Shown here: one piece after another, positions 13,371 to 27,400 of the stretch
Layout: every line of letters starts with the position of its first letter
Numbering within the stretch: the first letter of the stretch is position 1
Origin: the human T2T-CHM13v2.0 reference genome, Homo sapiens
NCBI RefSeq assembly: GCF_009914755.1
Contig: NC_060936.1
DNA: 64,000 bases
Direction: 5' to 3' (one strand)
Made by a program: the position numbers and the translations under genes
The notes under the pieces: model-generated
Databases searched by the model: none
What the model was told of the DNA's origin: nothing
What the model saw: only the letters and a program-made list of their open reading frames with translations

Positions 13371-14719
13371 ATGACAAATCTTTCCAGCCTCCATTATACT
13401 CTGTCTCTTAGGTTAATGCCTCTGTTGGTTTTTTTTTTTCCCCAGAGACTTTATTCCCATAGGCCTGAAACAGTGTATTTAAAAACTGATCTATTATATT
13501 TAAAACATGCTACAGTATTTTTTAAAAGGTTTGGAGAAGTTGTAAATACTGCTGACAGCGCTCCTTAAAAACAAAAATCCATTCCGCTTAAATAATCTGC
13601 TAATTAAAATGGCAAAGGTAAGTGAAGGGAGTTGGAGGAGGGGCACTTCCTCAGTAACTTAGGTATCAATGAAACCAGATCTGAGTGGGCAAGTCAGAGT
13701 TGAGGTTTTAAATAAATAATCTAGAAAGGGAGTTGCCCGTTTTTTTCTCTACTATGTTTGCTGAAGGGACATTTTGGAAACACAGGAAGAGATCAGAAAG
13801 CTGTGGGCAGGATTTGCTTAGTTTCACAGGTAATTGAATCTAACAGCAAGAGACAATTAATGGCTGGTCTATTCATTAAACACTTTCCTTAGCAATAGCA
13901 GATTCCCTGCAATTTAGCAAACTTCTTTCTGATATTGATTGCTACCAGAAAAAGCTTACAGTGACAGCAATTGTAGCTGCAACAGAACTGATTATTTAAA
14001 ATCACAAAATCAATTTGTATACAAATATATGCAAGTTTCACAAGAGCTTCCGAGAACACGATTTCACAAACTAAAAATTAAGAAAAAAATCGATGACAAG
14101 TTTATATTTCAGAGTTGACTGTCTTTATCTTGCCTGGAACCTCTAATGCTGAAAGATCAGAACAAAAATTCTAAATGCATTTTGAAGGGAATGAAGGATA
14201 TGTCAGAACCAAAACCTTTGCCCAACAAATTGTAAGATATTCTTAACAGGAATATCTAACTGACCCTAGGTGCCTAATGAATCAATCACCCTTTTTCACT
14301 CACAGAAGAAAATGACATTCTGTCCCCTGAACAAGGCACTTTTTCTCCTAAATGCTACAGGATATATATTTTCCCTGGGATCCAATTAGAAGTCACACAG
14401 GCTTCTATCTGATTGCATTTATCATTATCTGAAAATCACAAGAAGTCCACAAAAAGTCATGTTCTCAGTTGTGATAAAATCTAATCCAAGGTGCTCCATA
14501 AAGGAAGTTCCACTGTGCTTGGAATACAACTTCTTCAAGCAAACTTCCTTAAAGAGACTCAGGAAAAGATCTTAAGATATTTTAGACAGTATACAGAAAG
14601 TTAATATCTTATTATTTGAGAATTCTTCAAAATGCTTAAATTATACTGTGGGAAACATGGGTTGCTATGTTTTGTTATGGAATAATGAAATCAAGACAGT
14701 CGAAAATAAATTTGTAGGA

Positions 14720-15445
14720 GTTAAAATTGGAAACAACCCATGTCTTTAAGAGGGTTAATTGTTAAGAAAACTGATATATTCATACTATACAATACTACTC
14801 AGCAATAAGAAGGTGTGATCAACTGACACATACAACATGAATCTCCAGAGAATTATGCTGAGAAAAAAGCCAGTCCCCAAAGATTACAGTCTGTACGATC
14901 CTATTTATTAAACGTTCTTGAGATGACAACGTTCCAGAAATGAAAAAAACACATTAGGTTGGTGCAAAAGTAATTATAGTTTTTGCCACTGAAAGTAATT
15001 GCAACACATTAGGTTGGTGGAAAAGTAATTACAGTTTTCGCCACTGAAAGTAATTGCAAAAACCTCGATAACTTTTGCGCCAACCTAGTGGTCATGAGGA
15101 GTTAAGGACAGGGCCACGTAGGATGTGGGGAGTGGAGTGTGCTTACAGAAGACCACCACTAGGGATCCCTGTGGTAACAGAACTATATCTTGACTGTACT
15201 GGTGGACACACAAGCCTACATATGATAACACTGTATAAAATACACACACATGCATAAGTAAAACGGAAAGTCTGAACACAATCAGTGGATTGAAACAATA
15301 TCAATCTCCTGGGTGAAACTATACCATAATTATGCAAGTTGTTATTCAGGGGAACTGGGTAAAGAGTACATGGGATCTCTACATTATTTCTTAAAACTGC
15401 ATGTAAATATATAGTTATTTCAAAATAAAAACACTAATTGAAAAA
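14720..15445 (+). mobile_element. L1MC/MD 3' end
   Basis: tggaaacaaccca, atgaatctccagagaattatgctga, gggatctct...aaactgcatgtaaat motifs. Confidence 0.75.
14954..15087. mobile_element. MADE1 (Hsmar1 MITE) with a 55-bp tandem duplication of its left part
   Basis: ttaggttggtgcaaaagtaatt TIR occurs twice (14954, 15009); a single right TIR ends in ccaaccta. Confidence 0.92.
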
Positions 15446-15889
15446 CAAGTAAAGGGTGGCTATAAGACTTGATAAATATCAGCTAGGCTACTCATTTGCT
15501 TTCAAAGGTACTGTTAAACCTGCAGGTAAGCTACAAGCAAATAAATCTGGTGATTAAAATGGATACATGATTTAGTTTTTCTATTTCTTTTTGTGTTTTG
15601 GAAATTTGTGTTATCAGGAATTTTGTCCATTTCTTCTAAGTGCACCCTTTCAATTATAATAATTATAATAATGGAGAGTTGGGTCTTCTCCCCCTAGGTG
15701 AGTCTAGCTATAAAAGTTGCCTAAGCCAACTTTTAATAATCGTACCAGGAGAATCTTGTCTGTGATGAAAAGTGTCATCAAATGCTGTTTGCTTAAAGTA
15801 GAATTAGTCTGCCCTTTGAAAATAGCTAGGAAGATATAATTTTGTATGCTATAATTCTTGGAAGTCAAGAAATCCAGTACTTTAATCAT

Positions 15890-18800
15890 CTATTCATGTA
15901 TAATATACAAAATATAAAGTGTACCAATTTTACGTGTAAGTCAATGAGTTTTGACAATGTATAAATCCATGTAACCACTACCACAGACAAGAGAGTAAAC
16001 ATTTCCATAACACCAAAAATTTCCTTCATGCCCAACTCCAGTCAATAACTGAGCTATTTCTGGTCAATAGAGATTGGGTTTGCTCTTCTAGAATTTTATA
16101 TAAATACTTGTACAGTATATATTGTTTTGTATCTGGCTTTTTTGCCCAACACAATGTTTCTGAAATTGTACCAGGTTACTGGACATATCAGTAATTCCTT
16201 CCATCTATCTGGGTAGTATTTAATTATATGGGTGTATCATAATTTGTTTATCCACTCACCTGTTGAAGTAACATCTACGTAATTTCCAATTTTGTCCATT
16301 ATGAATAAGGCTGCTATAAACGACTGTGTACAAACATTTGTTGGACACATTTTATTTCATTTGACTAAATGTGTCATAATTGAATTACTGGGTTGTATGG
16401 AAAAGATGTGATTAACTTCAGAAGAAACCTCCAAACTGATTTCTGAAGTGTTTGTACCAATTTACATTCCCATTAACATGATGCTTCACAACCTCACGGA
16501 TATTTTGACTTTTTCATTTTAGCTATTCTAGTTGGTGTGCTGTAGCATGTCACTATAATTTTTTTGCATTTCTTTAATGATTAATAATGTTGAACATTAT
16601 ATCTATGTGCTTATTTGCCATCTTTTTATAGTCTTTTGTGACTTGTCTGTTCAAATCTTTTGGCGTCTTTTGAAAGGTTGCTTTATTTATTTTAAGTTGT
16701 AAGAATTCTTTATTCATAATTCCTTTGTTAGATATACTTATTGTAAATAATACTTCCGGTCTGTGGCTTGGGCTTTGTATTCTCTTAACAATGTCTTTCA
16801 AAGAGTAGACAATTTTAATTTTAATGAACTCCAATATATCAATTTTTTCTTTTGTTGTGTGTGCTTTTTGTGTCCTATCTACTTGCTTACCCTGATGTCG
16901 CAAAGATTTCCTCCTATGTTTCCTTATAAATGTTTTATGATTTTAGCTTTTACTATTAGGTCTATGATGTATATTGAGCTTTTTTGTGTTTAGGGTGTAA
17001 GAGTTGAGGTCCATTCCCTCCACCTTCACCCGCAATGTAGATAGCCAACTGTATTAGGACCATTTGTTGAAAAGACTATTCTTTCCCCATTGGATTAATT
17101 TGGTTTTTTTATTGAAAATCAATTGGCCATGCATATATGGATCTATTTCTGGGCTTTATTCTGTTCCCTTGATGTTTATGTCTATTTTACCAACATCACA
17201 TTGTCTGGATTACTGTAACTTTATAGTAAGTCTTGAAATCAGATAGGGCATGTCTTTCTTTTTCAGGAATGTTTTGGCCATTCCAGTTCTTTTGCATTTC
17301 TATATAAATTTCAGAACGAGCTTGTCATTTTTTATAGAACTGTTTATAGGGATTATGATTAGAATTACTTGAGTTGATCTAGAGATCAACTTAAAAGGAA
17401 CTGACATCTTTTTTAAAAATTATTATTATACTTTAAGTTTTAGGGTACATGTGCACAACGTGCAGGTTTGTTACATATGTACACATGTGCCCTGTTGGTG
17501 TGCTGCACCCATTAACTCGTCATTTAGCATCAGGTATATCTCCTAATGCTATCCTTTCCCCATCCCCCCACCCCACAACAGTCTCTGGTGTGTGATGTTC
17601 CCCTTCCTGTGTCCATGTGTTCTCATTGTTCAGTTCCTACCTATGAGTGAGAACATGCGGTGTTTGGTTTTTTTGTCCTTGCGATAGTTTGCTGAGAATG
17701 ATGGTTTCCAGCTTCATCCATGTCCCTACAAAGGACATGAACTCATCCTTTTTTATGGCTGCATAGTATTCCATGGTGTATATATGCCACATTTTCTTAA
17801 TCCAGTCTATTATTGTTGGACATTTGGGTTGGTTTCAAGTCTTTGCTATTGTGAATAGTGCCGCAATAAACATATGTGTGAATGTGTCTTATAGCAGCAT
17901 GATTTATAATCCTTTGGGTATATACCCAGTAATGGGATGGCTGGGGCAAATGGTATTTCTAGTTCTAGATCCCTGAGGAATCGCCACACTGACTTCCACA
18001 ATGGTTGGACTAGTTTACAGTCCCACCAACAATGTAAAAGTGAAGAACCGACATCTTAACCATATTAAGTCTTCTTATCCACGAGTGTGATCTACTTAGT
18101 TAGATCTTCTTTAATTTCACTCGGTAATATTTTATAGTGTTCAGTGTAGTGATCCTGTTATTTCTTGCTAAATTTATCTTTAAGAATTTCATCTTTTGAT
18201 GATATAATTAGCCTTTAAAATATTTCATTTGCCAATTGTTAGTAATAGAAATAAAATATATTTTTCTACAATGACCTTTTTTGAGACTTTGTTACATTCA
18301 TTTATTTATTCTCATAGCATTTTATAAAAATAATGCCATCTGAAAATAGAGTATATCTTCCTTTCCAAACTGTATGCCTTTTCTTGCCTTATTACACTGG
18401 CTAGGATCTCCAGGAAAATGTCATGTAGTAGTGTTAAGAGTAGACATTCTCACCTAGTTTTCAATTTTAGAGGGAAAATAATATTTTGCTATTAAGTATA
18501 ATGTAAGCTGTAGGTTTTTAAGAGATGTTATGTATCAGGTCGAGGAAGTTTCCTTCCATTACCAGCCTTCTGAGAGTTTTTATCATGAATGGATTAGGAA
18601 TTTAATCAATTTATTTTCTGTATGTATTAAGATGATCATATGATTTTTCTCTTTTCTTCTCTTAATATAATGAATTACATCCATTGAATACAGATGTTAA
18701 ATCAACCATGAATTCCTTTATATTGCTGGATTCAATTTGAGAATTTTTCTGTCTGTATACAAGGGAGATACTGCGATGTTCATCTATAGTTTTTCTTTCT

Positions 18801-19900
18801 TGCAGTTTCTGGATAGATTTGGTAATGAAGATAAAACCAACCTTATAAAATGAGTTGGGAAATTTCCCCCACTCTGCCCTTTTCTGAAAGAGTTTATATA
18901 GGATTGGCATTATTTCTTCTTTAAATATCTGGTTTAATTCACCAATGCAGTTTTCTTTGTGGGGAGATTTTTAATACAAATTTGATTTTTTAAATAGATG
19001 ATTTAGTTTTCCTATTTCTTTTGGAAATATGTGTCACCAGGAATTTTCTCCATTTATTAGAAGTGCTCTCTTTTAATTATAATAATAGAAAGTTGGGTCT
19101 CCTTTTCTCCCTAAACGAGTCCAGCTATGACTTAATCTGCTTTTTATTGATCTCTTCAAGAAATTACCTTTTGATTTCATTTACTTCATCTATTGCTTTT
19201 ACATTTTCTATTTTATTGTTTCCTACTACCATTATATCTTTCCTTCTAATTACTTTGGGTTTTACTTGCTCTTCATTTTTTAGCTTCATAATTGTAAGCT
19301 TAGGTAATTGATTTTAAACCTTTCAAAATTTTCTAATATACTTATTTTAAAGTATAAGTTTGCTGTTAAGTATTGCTTTAGCTGTCCCCTGACGTTCTTG
19401 ATATGTTATAATTTCATTTTCATTGACTTCAAAACATTTTCTAATTACCTTGTGATGTCCTTTTTTACAGCATGGGTTATTTAGAAATGTATTGTTTAAT
19501 ATTCAAATATTTAGTAATTTTTGTGAAAATTTTTTTTACTGATTTCTAAGAAGCTCTATTATTAGAGGAATATACATTTAAGAATTGTATGTCTTGATGA
19601 ATTGGCCACTTTATTATAAGCCATCCTTCTTAATCTCTGATAATATTCCTTAATCTGGAGTCTTTGTCAAATATTAACAAAAGCACTCTAGCTTTATATG
19701 ATTAGTGTTAGTACAGTATGTCTGTTTCCATCCCCATTTTTCTAGACAGCAGACAGTTGCATTTGTTTTCATGTCTAATTGGACAACTCTGTCTTTTACT
19801 GGAGTTTCTGTCTTTTATTGGAGTTTCTAAACAATTTATTTTAACATAGTTTACCAATAGAGTTGGTTTAAATCTCTAATTTGTTTCTTTTATGGTTATC
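15890..19900 (-). mobile_element. Old L1M (MC/MD/ME) 3' end and ORF2
   Basis: Minus-strand ORF relics (TKEKIDILEFIKIK; PILYKLFQK...FPNSFY). Confidence 0.85.
17411..18042 (-). mobile_element. 5'-truncated L1PA (about PA4) nested in the old L1
   Basis: L1PA 3'UTR; TSD gaactgacatctt / gaaccgacatctt. Confidence 0.93.
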
Positions 19901-19925
19901 TCATAAAAGAAACAACTTTGTTACT

Positions 19926-20726
<801 letters not shown>

Positions 20727-20731
20727 TTACC

Positions 20732-20890
20732 TTTTTTTTTTTCTTTTTGAGATAGAGTCTCACTCTGTCACCCAGGCTGGAGTGTAATGGTGTGATCTCC
20801 CTGCAACCTCTGCCTCCTGGGTTCAAGTGATTCTCCTGCCTCAGCCTCCCAAGTAGCAGGGATTACAGGTGCCTGACATCATGCCCAGCT

Positions 20891-20928
<38 letters not shown>

Positions 20929-21046
20929 TAGAGATGGGGTTTCACCATGTTGGCCACGCTGGTCTCAAACTCCTGGCCTCAAGTGATCCACCTACCTCGG
21001 CCTCCCAATGTGCTGGGATTACAGGCGTGACCCACTGTGCCCAGCC
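20732..21046 (-). mobile_element. Alu (J/S) with a long central T run
   Basis: Dimeric Alu; TSD tagtattac. Confidence 0.95.
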
Positions 21047-21199
21047 TATAGTATTACTTTTGCCCTCCCTTTAAAACTTCTTTTATTGGATTAATTAGAT
21101 ATTTTTTGCATTCCATTTTATCTATTCTGTTTGTTTCTTAGCTATCTTAAAAATACTTTTGTCTTTGATCTAGGTCAGCATTTATTTTGACATACATCA

Positions 21200-21580
21200 A
21201 AATTTTATTTTATTACAAATATTTTCAAATATATTCAAAAGTAGAGAGTATAGTATAATTAACCGGATGTACCCATAACAAACTTTCAACAACTGTAAAC
21301 ACATGGCCAATGACATTTCATCTAAATTGTCACTTAATCCACCTCTCCTGGGTTACTCTGAAGCAAATTTCAGATACCATATTTCATCTGTTACTATTTC
21401 AGTATGTATCTCTGCAAGGACTTAAAAAATATATAACAATATGATTACTGCACCTGAAAAATTAACAATAATTTCTTAAGAACATCAAACAGCCAATCAC
21501 TGTTCACACTTTCCTGGTTGTCTTTAAGTGACTTTTTTCAGTTCATTTGAATCAAGATTCAAATAAGGCCCATTCCTTGC
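21200..21580 (-). mobile_element. L1MC4/5-like 3' end
   Basis: ttcaaatatattcaaaagtagagagtatagtataat...gaagcaaatttcaga motifs. Confidence 0.65.
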
Positions 21581-22675
21581 CAACTGTCTGTTTTTATTGG
21601 AGTAGTGGGGGATGAAGAAGCTTCAGGGAGACTTGAAACACGGCTGCAGCCACTACCATCTACAATCTCAATGTGAGTTCCATTTGATTTAAAATTTAAA
21701 ATAGCAATTAAAAAGATGTAATTGGGAATATTAACTGAACAGAACCCCTACACAGGCATTTTAAAATTGGAGTTTCCATTTTACGCTGAAGAATGTCATT
21801 CCTGGAAACTGTCTGAAGCCTACACAGTCACATCTTGGATAACTCCACATTTCGAAAGTTTCAATCTTGGACAATTTCCAGTATGAGTGATTTCGTATAT
21901 TACTTCATCTATATTGTATTGCCAAATTCTGTAAAACTATAATCATATCTTTCAAGACGAGGAAAACTGCTCTGAATATTCTCTTCACTTTTGCCCATAC
22001 TCTTTTCTTTCTTTGTGATAATTAAGAATTAAATTAATTTAAAATGTGAGGTCTGGGGATAATACTTCAAAACGTTAATCAACCATTCTGATGTAGATTG
22101 TACTGCTGGAGTTTTAATGTCATTGCTTTACCTCCCTAGGAAATGAGCTACAGATGTAGACAGCAAGTGTAATAGCTTAGGAGGAATAAGCTTATGAAAG
22201 ACACTTAATGAATTATGTACTTATAATTTCCTCTTTGTACTGTTTTTAAAAACTAGCCTAAACTTTTTCCAAATAGAGAGTAAAGAGAAAACATCTATTC
22301 CTTTAAGAACAACACAAGAAGGCTTTAGCTGATCTTTATTGTATCAAGTAACACACTGGCTCACTAAAATCAAAATTCTGATAATGCTAAACACTGTTAT
22401 AATTGTATACAATTTAACAAAAATTAATAGATAAAAGTTCTTACAAACTGAAGAATGCTTTGTTAGAAAAAAAGGAACTCCTCTTTTATGGTAAAATACA
22501 TACTTAAGAATGGAAAAGCACATTTTAAAAAGAGGAAAAACATAAATTGCTGTCAGTTACTAAATTTGGTTATCTCATACAATTACGTCTGCTATCCCTG
22601 CATATACAAACCCTGCCTATCCTTCAAGGCCTAGCTCAACACTAGTAAGAAAGAAATTTTAAATTTCACATTTGC

Positions 22676-22771
22676 CAATTATGCATATGTCACAATATGC
22701 ATTATCACAATTATGCATATGTCACAATATGCATTATCACAATTATGCATATTTCACAATATGCATTATCA
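22676..22771. repeat. 32-bp tandem repeat, 3 copies
   Basis: caattatgcatatgtcacaatatgcattatca three times, with one mismatch. Confidence 0.95.
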
Positions 22772-24251
22772 ATCACTTTATCCTCTTAGATAAGGCAGAA
22801 AGATATGATAGATTGTGGAGCTGAGATTTTTAAGTTGGTCTTTAAAAAATTAAATCAAGTTTATGAATTCTTCTTACACTTTTTTTTTTTCATTTGACTT
22901 TCTCAGTGATCTTAGATGGTAAGCAAGATCTAGTGTTATTACTTTCTTCTGTTTTAAAGATCAGCAAACTAAGGATTAGAGAAGTAAAATAAATGACCCA
23001 AGGCCATCTTCTGGTCAGTTACTGAGTCCAGACACAAATCAAAGTCGTTGGATTCCAGCAAGTATTCTCTACATTATACCAGAGCTAAGCTTCCCGTTGA
23101 TTTTAGACTTTCTGAAAGAAACTTCCTGAATCCCATATGCCCAAATATGAATCAAAAATAGAAAAAGAGAAAACAGAATAAAGCAGAGAATACTGTGAGC
23201 TGTACTGGATATGGTGATGGTCTGGCCTTTATTGTTAACTATTGTCATTTCTACTACAAGTTTTTCAAACAGACTGGCCTTCTCCACATGATATAAAATC
23301 ATTTGGAAGAATAAATCGAACAGGTTCTTTGTCAAAACAGCTATAGGACTCGTAGGCTGGAGCATTCTTTCTTTTCACCTATTACTATCCTTTCACTAAC
23401 ATTCACATGCACTGAGAGATTTCTATGTGTCCAGGCATAACGTCTGGCAGAGAGAACAACATTATCCCAACTTTGCCCTTGAGAAGTTTCTAGTTTGGGG
23501 GACAGTAAGAGGCGAACGGGGATAAAAATAACCATAATGCAATAATTATTGGTTATAGAAAAAGCACTGGAAAGCAGTTCTACTAAAGGGCATGTAGGGA
23601 AAAATAGAGCATTTGAAGCAATAGCTGAAAAGTATCTTGATATATGCTAGCTACAATGACACAATTCTGACATTCCCAGTCTGGAAAAAACAAATAAATG
23701 TTGTTTTAGTTGTTAAGTTATAGCACAGTACAACATTCTATAAAAGAGATCCAATTGTCAAATAAATATAGCCAAATAAAACTGGAAAAGTAGTGTGTTA
23801 ATGTTTCAGAGCCAGTGACATTATGAAGTCATAGATTTCTGAAATATTTTCTGTTCTGAGTATACATTTTGTTCAAGAAATTCAATTAGATGTTCAAGTC
23901 TTATTCAATTAGCTATTCTCTAGACTTACAGTGTCCACCAAATCCTAACGGTAACATTTAAATCGATGAGGCACATAATATGTTCTGGGCTGATAGTGAG
24001 CTGAGGTCTGAAACAGTTTCAACTAGAATTTGCCTATTCCTTTTTAAGTTTTGTGAACTTGGGGTTTGTTTCTGGGTTGGATCTACGCTAGTTATGATTC
24101 TCAAATTAGCACAGGTACTGATGTGCTACAGAATAAAACAGCACATTTCTTCTACAAACAAAAATTTCCTTTTCTCACTGATGGGGTGAAGGATGAGATG
24201 AGATGAAAGGCCGTAGGTTGGGTTGCCTAGAAAAATCAAGGATAAGTAGCC

Positions 24252-24497
24252 TGTTCTCACTCATAGGTGGGAATTGAACAATGAGAACACTTGGACACAG
24301 GAAGGGGAACATCACACCCCGGGGCCTGTTGTGGGGTGGGGGGAGGGGGGAGGGATAGCATTAGGAGATATAACTAATGTAAATGACGAGTTAATGGGTG
24401 CAGCACACCAACATGGCACATGTATACATATGTAACAAACCTGCACGTTGTGCACATGTACCCTAGAACTTACTTAAAGTATAATAAAAAAAAAGAA
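24252..24497 (+). mobile_element. Short 5'-truncated L1PA (about PA5)
   Basis: 3'UTR and poly(A); TSD agaaaaatcaagg(a/g)taagta. Confidence 0.95.
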
Positions 24498-27400
24498 AGA
24501 AAAATCAAGGGTAAGTAATACAAGAATTATATTAGTAAGCTGGACATGGCTGTATTTTAGGGTATAAAGGAAAATTCACTTAATTTTTAAAAATAAAACA
24601 CTAGGATGAAAAACAAACAAATAAGCCTGTCCTTTCATGGGTCTCCTTTGGTTATGCTGCAAGAACCTCTCACCATTTGCCTTCATCCTTAGTTCTTGGT
24701 GATAAGCTGGTGAAAAGCAATGCTTTACTGAATTCAGAAGAATTCTAAACATTTGAAAGATTTTAAGAATTTGAAAGACTAATAAAAATGCCTAGAAAAG
24801 CAGATATTTTTAGCTTTTTTACATCCTATACACTGGGTATGCTTTATCATTTCCTTTTATCTTGGGCAAATGTGTTATCCCATTGTGGGTTGGGTCATTC
24901 CCACTTTCAGGATACCAAGAACCAGAAATGCCTTGAGGGAAAAAAAAAATAGGTAGGTGGTGAGTGACTGTATCCTTCTCTTTTCATAACAGCAAAAACA
25001 CAGAGAACATCTCATTCAACTTTTTAAGTTGGAAGATAAGAGTGAATAGTATTGGGAAAAAGTGTACTAATTTCTTTGAACATCTCTCACAGGAGTACTC
25101 AACAAATTCATTAGAAAGTCTCTTTTGAAAGACTCAAAGTAGCTCATAACCAATTCCGGGTTGCTCATTTTAGGGTGGTCCATGTGGTGTGCTAGGGTGG
25201 GATGCAGGAGGTCATTAGACAAGGTTACACTGCTGTTACAAGTCACAGGCAAATCCACAGAATGATCAGTTCCATTACTGTTTCCATTTAGGATGGGGTG
25301 TGCTGGCTTCTAGTTGTGGGTCATCTGCTCCACAGATTTAGGCTCTTAGTAACTTACATTGTATCAACTCCTTATTTAGTGCAGAGAGATTTTCTTGCCT
25401 GAAATGAAACTTTTGCATCATAAAACACCAAACTTTTATAGAGGCCAGCTGAGAAAGGCAACTGATGGCAGCTAAGGGGGTTAGTGAAACAAAGATACAG
25501 AATGCTTCATCTATATTCACGAAAAAGTTAGCTGTACACAGTAGATCATAAAATGTAACTACTATTTCAGTTAGTAGTCATCTTAGTTTTTACATGCTTT
25601 ATATATATTTTAAAATATCTATAGCCAACGTATGCAGATGCCAAACACTAAATCTATGAGAAAAACTCAAAGCTATAAACCTTATCAGGACTTTGTCAGT
25701 ATACCCGGGGCAATTCTGCTTACTTCAAAGACGGTTCCTTGACCAGCAAAGAGAGATCCACAAATGAGAATACTCACTACAGAGGAGGCTATGTGTTCTT
25801 GTTTCCTGAACTAGCTTCCAGGATACACATTCCTTGAACTTGTCTAGGTCTGCCCTGTTTTTCTTCATTCTATTTTGTCAGTTTCTCCTCTGCTTTGTCC
25901 TTTCAAGTAGTATCTCTTTATGGTAACACTTTCCAGCTCTTTATCTTCTACAGATGTTTCCTAATTTACCTCCTGCATTCTTACACTGCCAGAGAGCCCC
26001 CTTGGGCCACTCCTCTGACTCAAGTGACATCCCCAGGTGTGTGATCCCTTCTCACAGTTAAGCCTAACTGAAAAAGCTATTAAATACCCACAGAGTTCCT
26101 AAAATCATCTGATTCCCCCAGTCATGTACATCTAAAACTGAGGAGTTGATTTTTGAAACTTTTCTGTGAAGTCACAGGAAAAAAAAAATGAGTTGGGGGG
26201 AGGGGGAGAAGACATTAAATACTGTACATACCTTCTTAATTTCTATTTAAAGAAGCAAAGTAATAATAATTGAGAATTACTTGCAAAAATGTCCACTGCT
26301 ACCAAGATATCAGATAGGATCTCTTATCAATCAGTGAAGAGCTTACAATAGTATCTGAGCTAGCAGGGAAGATGATGCTCTGAGTAATTACCTTCTTTGT
26401 TTAACTCTAACTTTATAAGTAGCTAATTACGTAAGTTTATAAGTTCTAATTACATAAGTAGCTTATGTGACATAGCCCAAGGTCAGCATGTATCTCTGCT
26501 TTGTAATCACCTTTGAAATTCTGTTTCAAGTGTGTCTAACTGTCCTAGCTGATGTCCCCCAAGTTTTTATAAATACCAAGGTTTGGTATCCTATCTTAGG
26601 TTATACAGAAAGTTCTTAAAGTTTGTTGAACAATTAAGTAGGCAGAATAAATGTAGATGTTTCATATACCAATAACAACTACAGTTTGAAGGCACAGATG
26701 TAGAAAAGTTTCTACATATAAAATATTGTTATAAGTATAAAAATTGAAATATAAAATATTGACTTAACTCTGATCTGGCCCTTTCCTTCCCTGATTGTCC
26801 CAAGCAGAATTCCGATTGCCTGTTTCCTAAGCCAATTAATTAAAAAACAACATAGGTCTGCATAATCAAGTATTCCCCAAAAACTCAATGTTAAACGAAC
26901 GAAGATGTTTTTCCACTGTCAATCATAGTTTTCAGACAACCGCTTGCACCCCACAGAAGGGAAAACAGTATAGTTATATAAGCAAACAGGTTCCTATCTC
27001 TGAGGCTTCAGAAGTTATGATGGTTGAAATTGTTTAGTAAATGGATATCCATGTATCACACTTGCAGTCTCATTTTTAAGCCTTAAATGAAATTTTCATC
27101 AAGAACAATAAGGAATATATGACATATGTTTATGAGCCTAAAAATGTCACAAAATAAATTCATGGTTTACAAATATTTTTATCGTTTGGAGAATTTTTTT
27201 TCTCATTTATGTCATAGAAAGTTAAACTAAGTCACAGTTATAGGACCTTTGACATTATTTTAAAATATATTAAGGTGGCAATACATAATCTTTAAATATT
27301 TACAGATTTACAGTCCATATCTTGTATCTGAAGTGCTCTGTCCCATAGTTTACTACAAACTTTTATTTATCAAGCCTTCCATTATTTGATGTTCCTAAAA

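Noticed and set aside
22676-22771. CRISPR-like repeat
   Set aside because: No spacers; a plain tandem repeat in human DNA.
23069-23365. 98-aa minus-strand ORF with a hydrophobic stretch
   Set aside because: No recognisable homology or convincing splice signals; the length is expected by chance.
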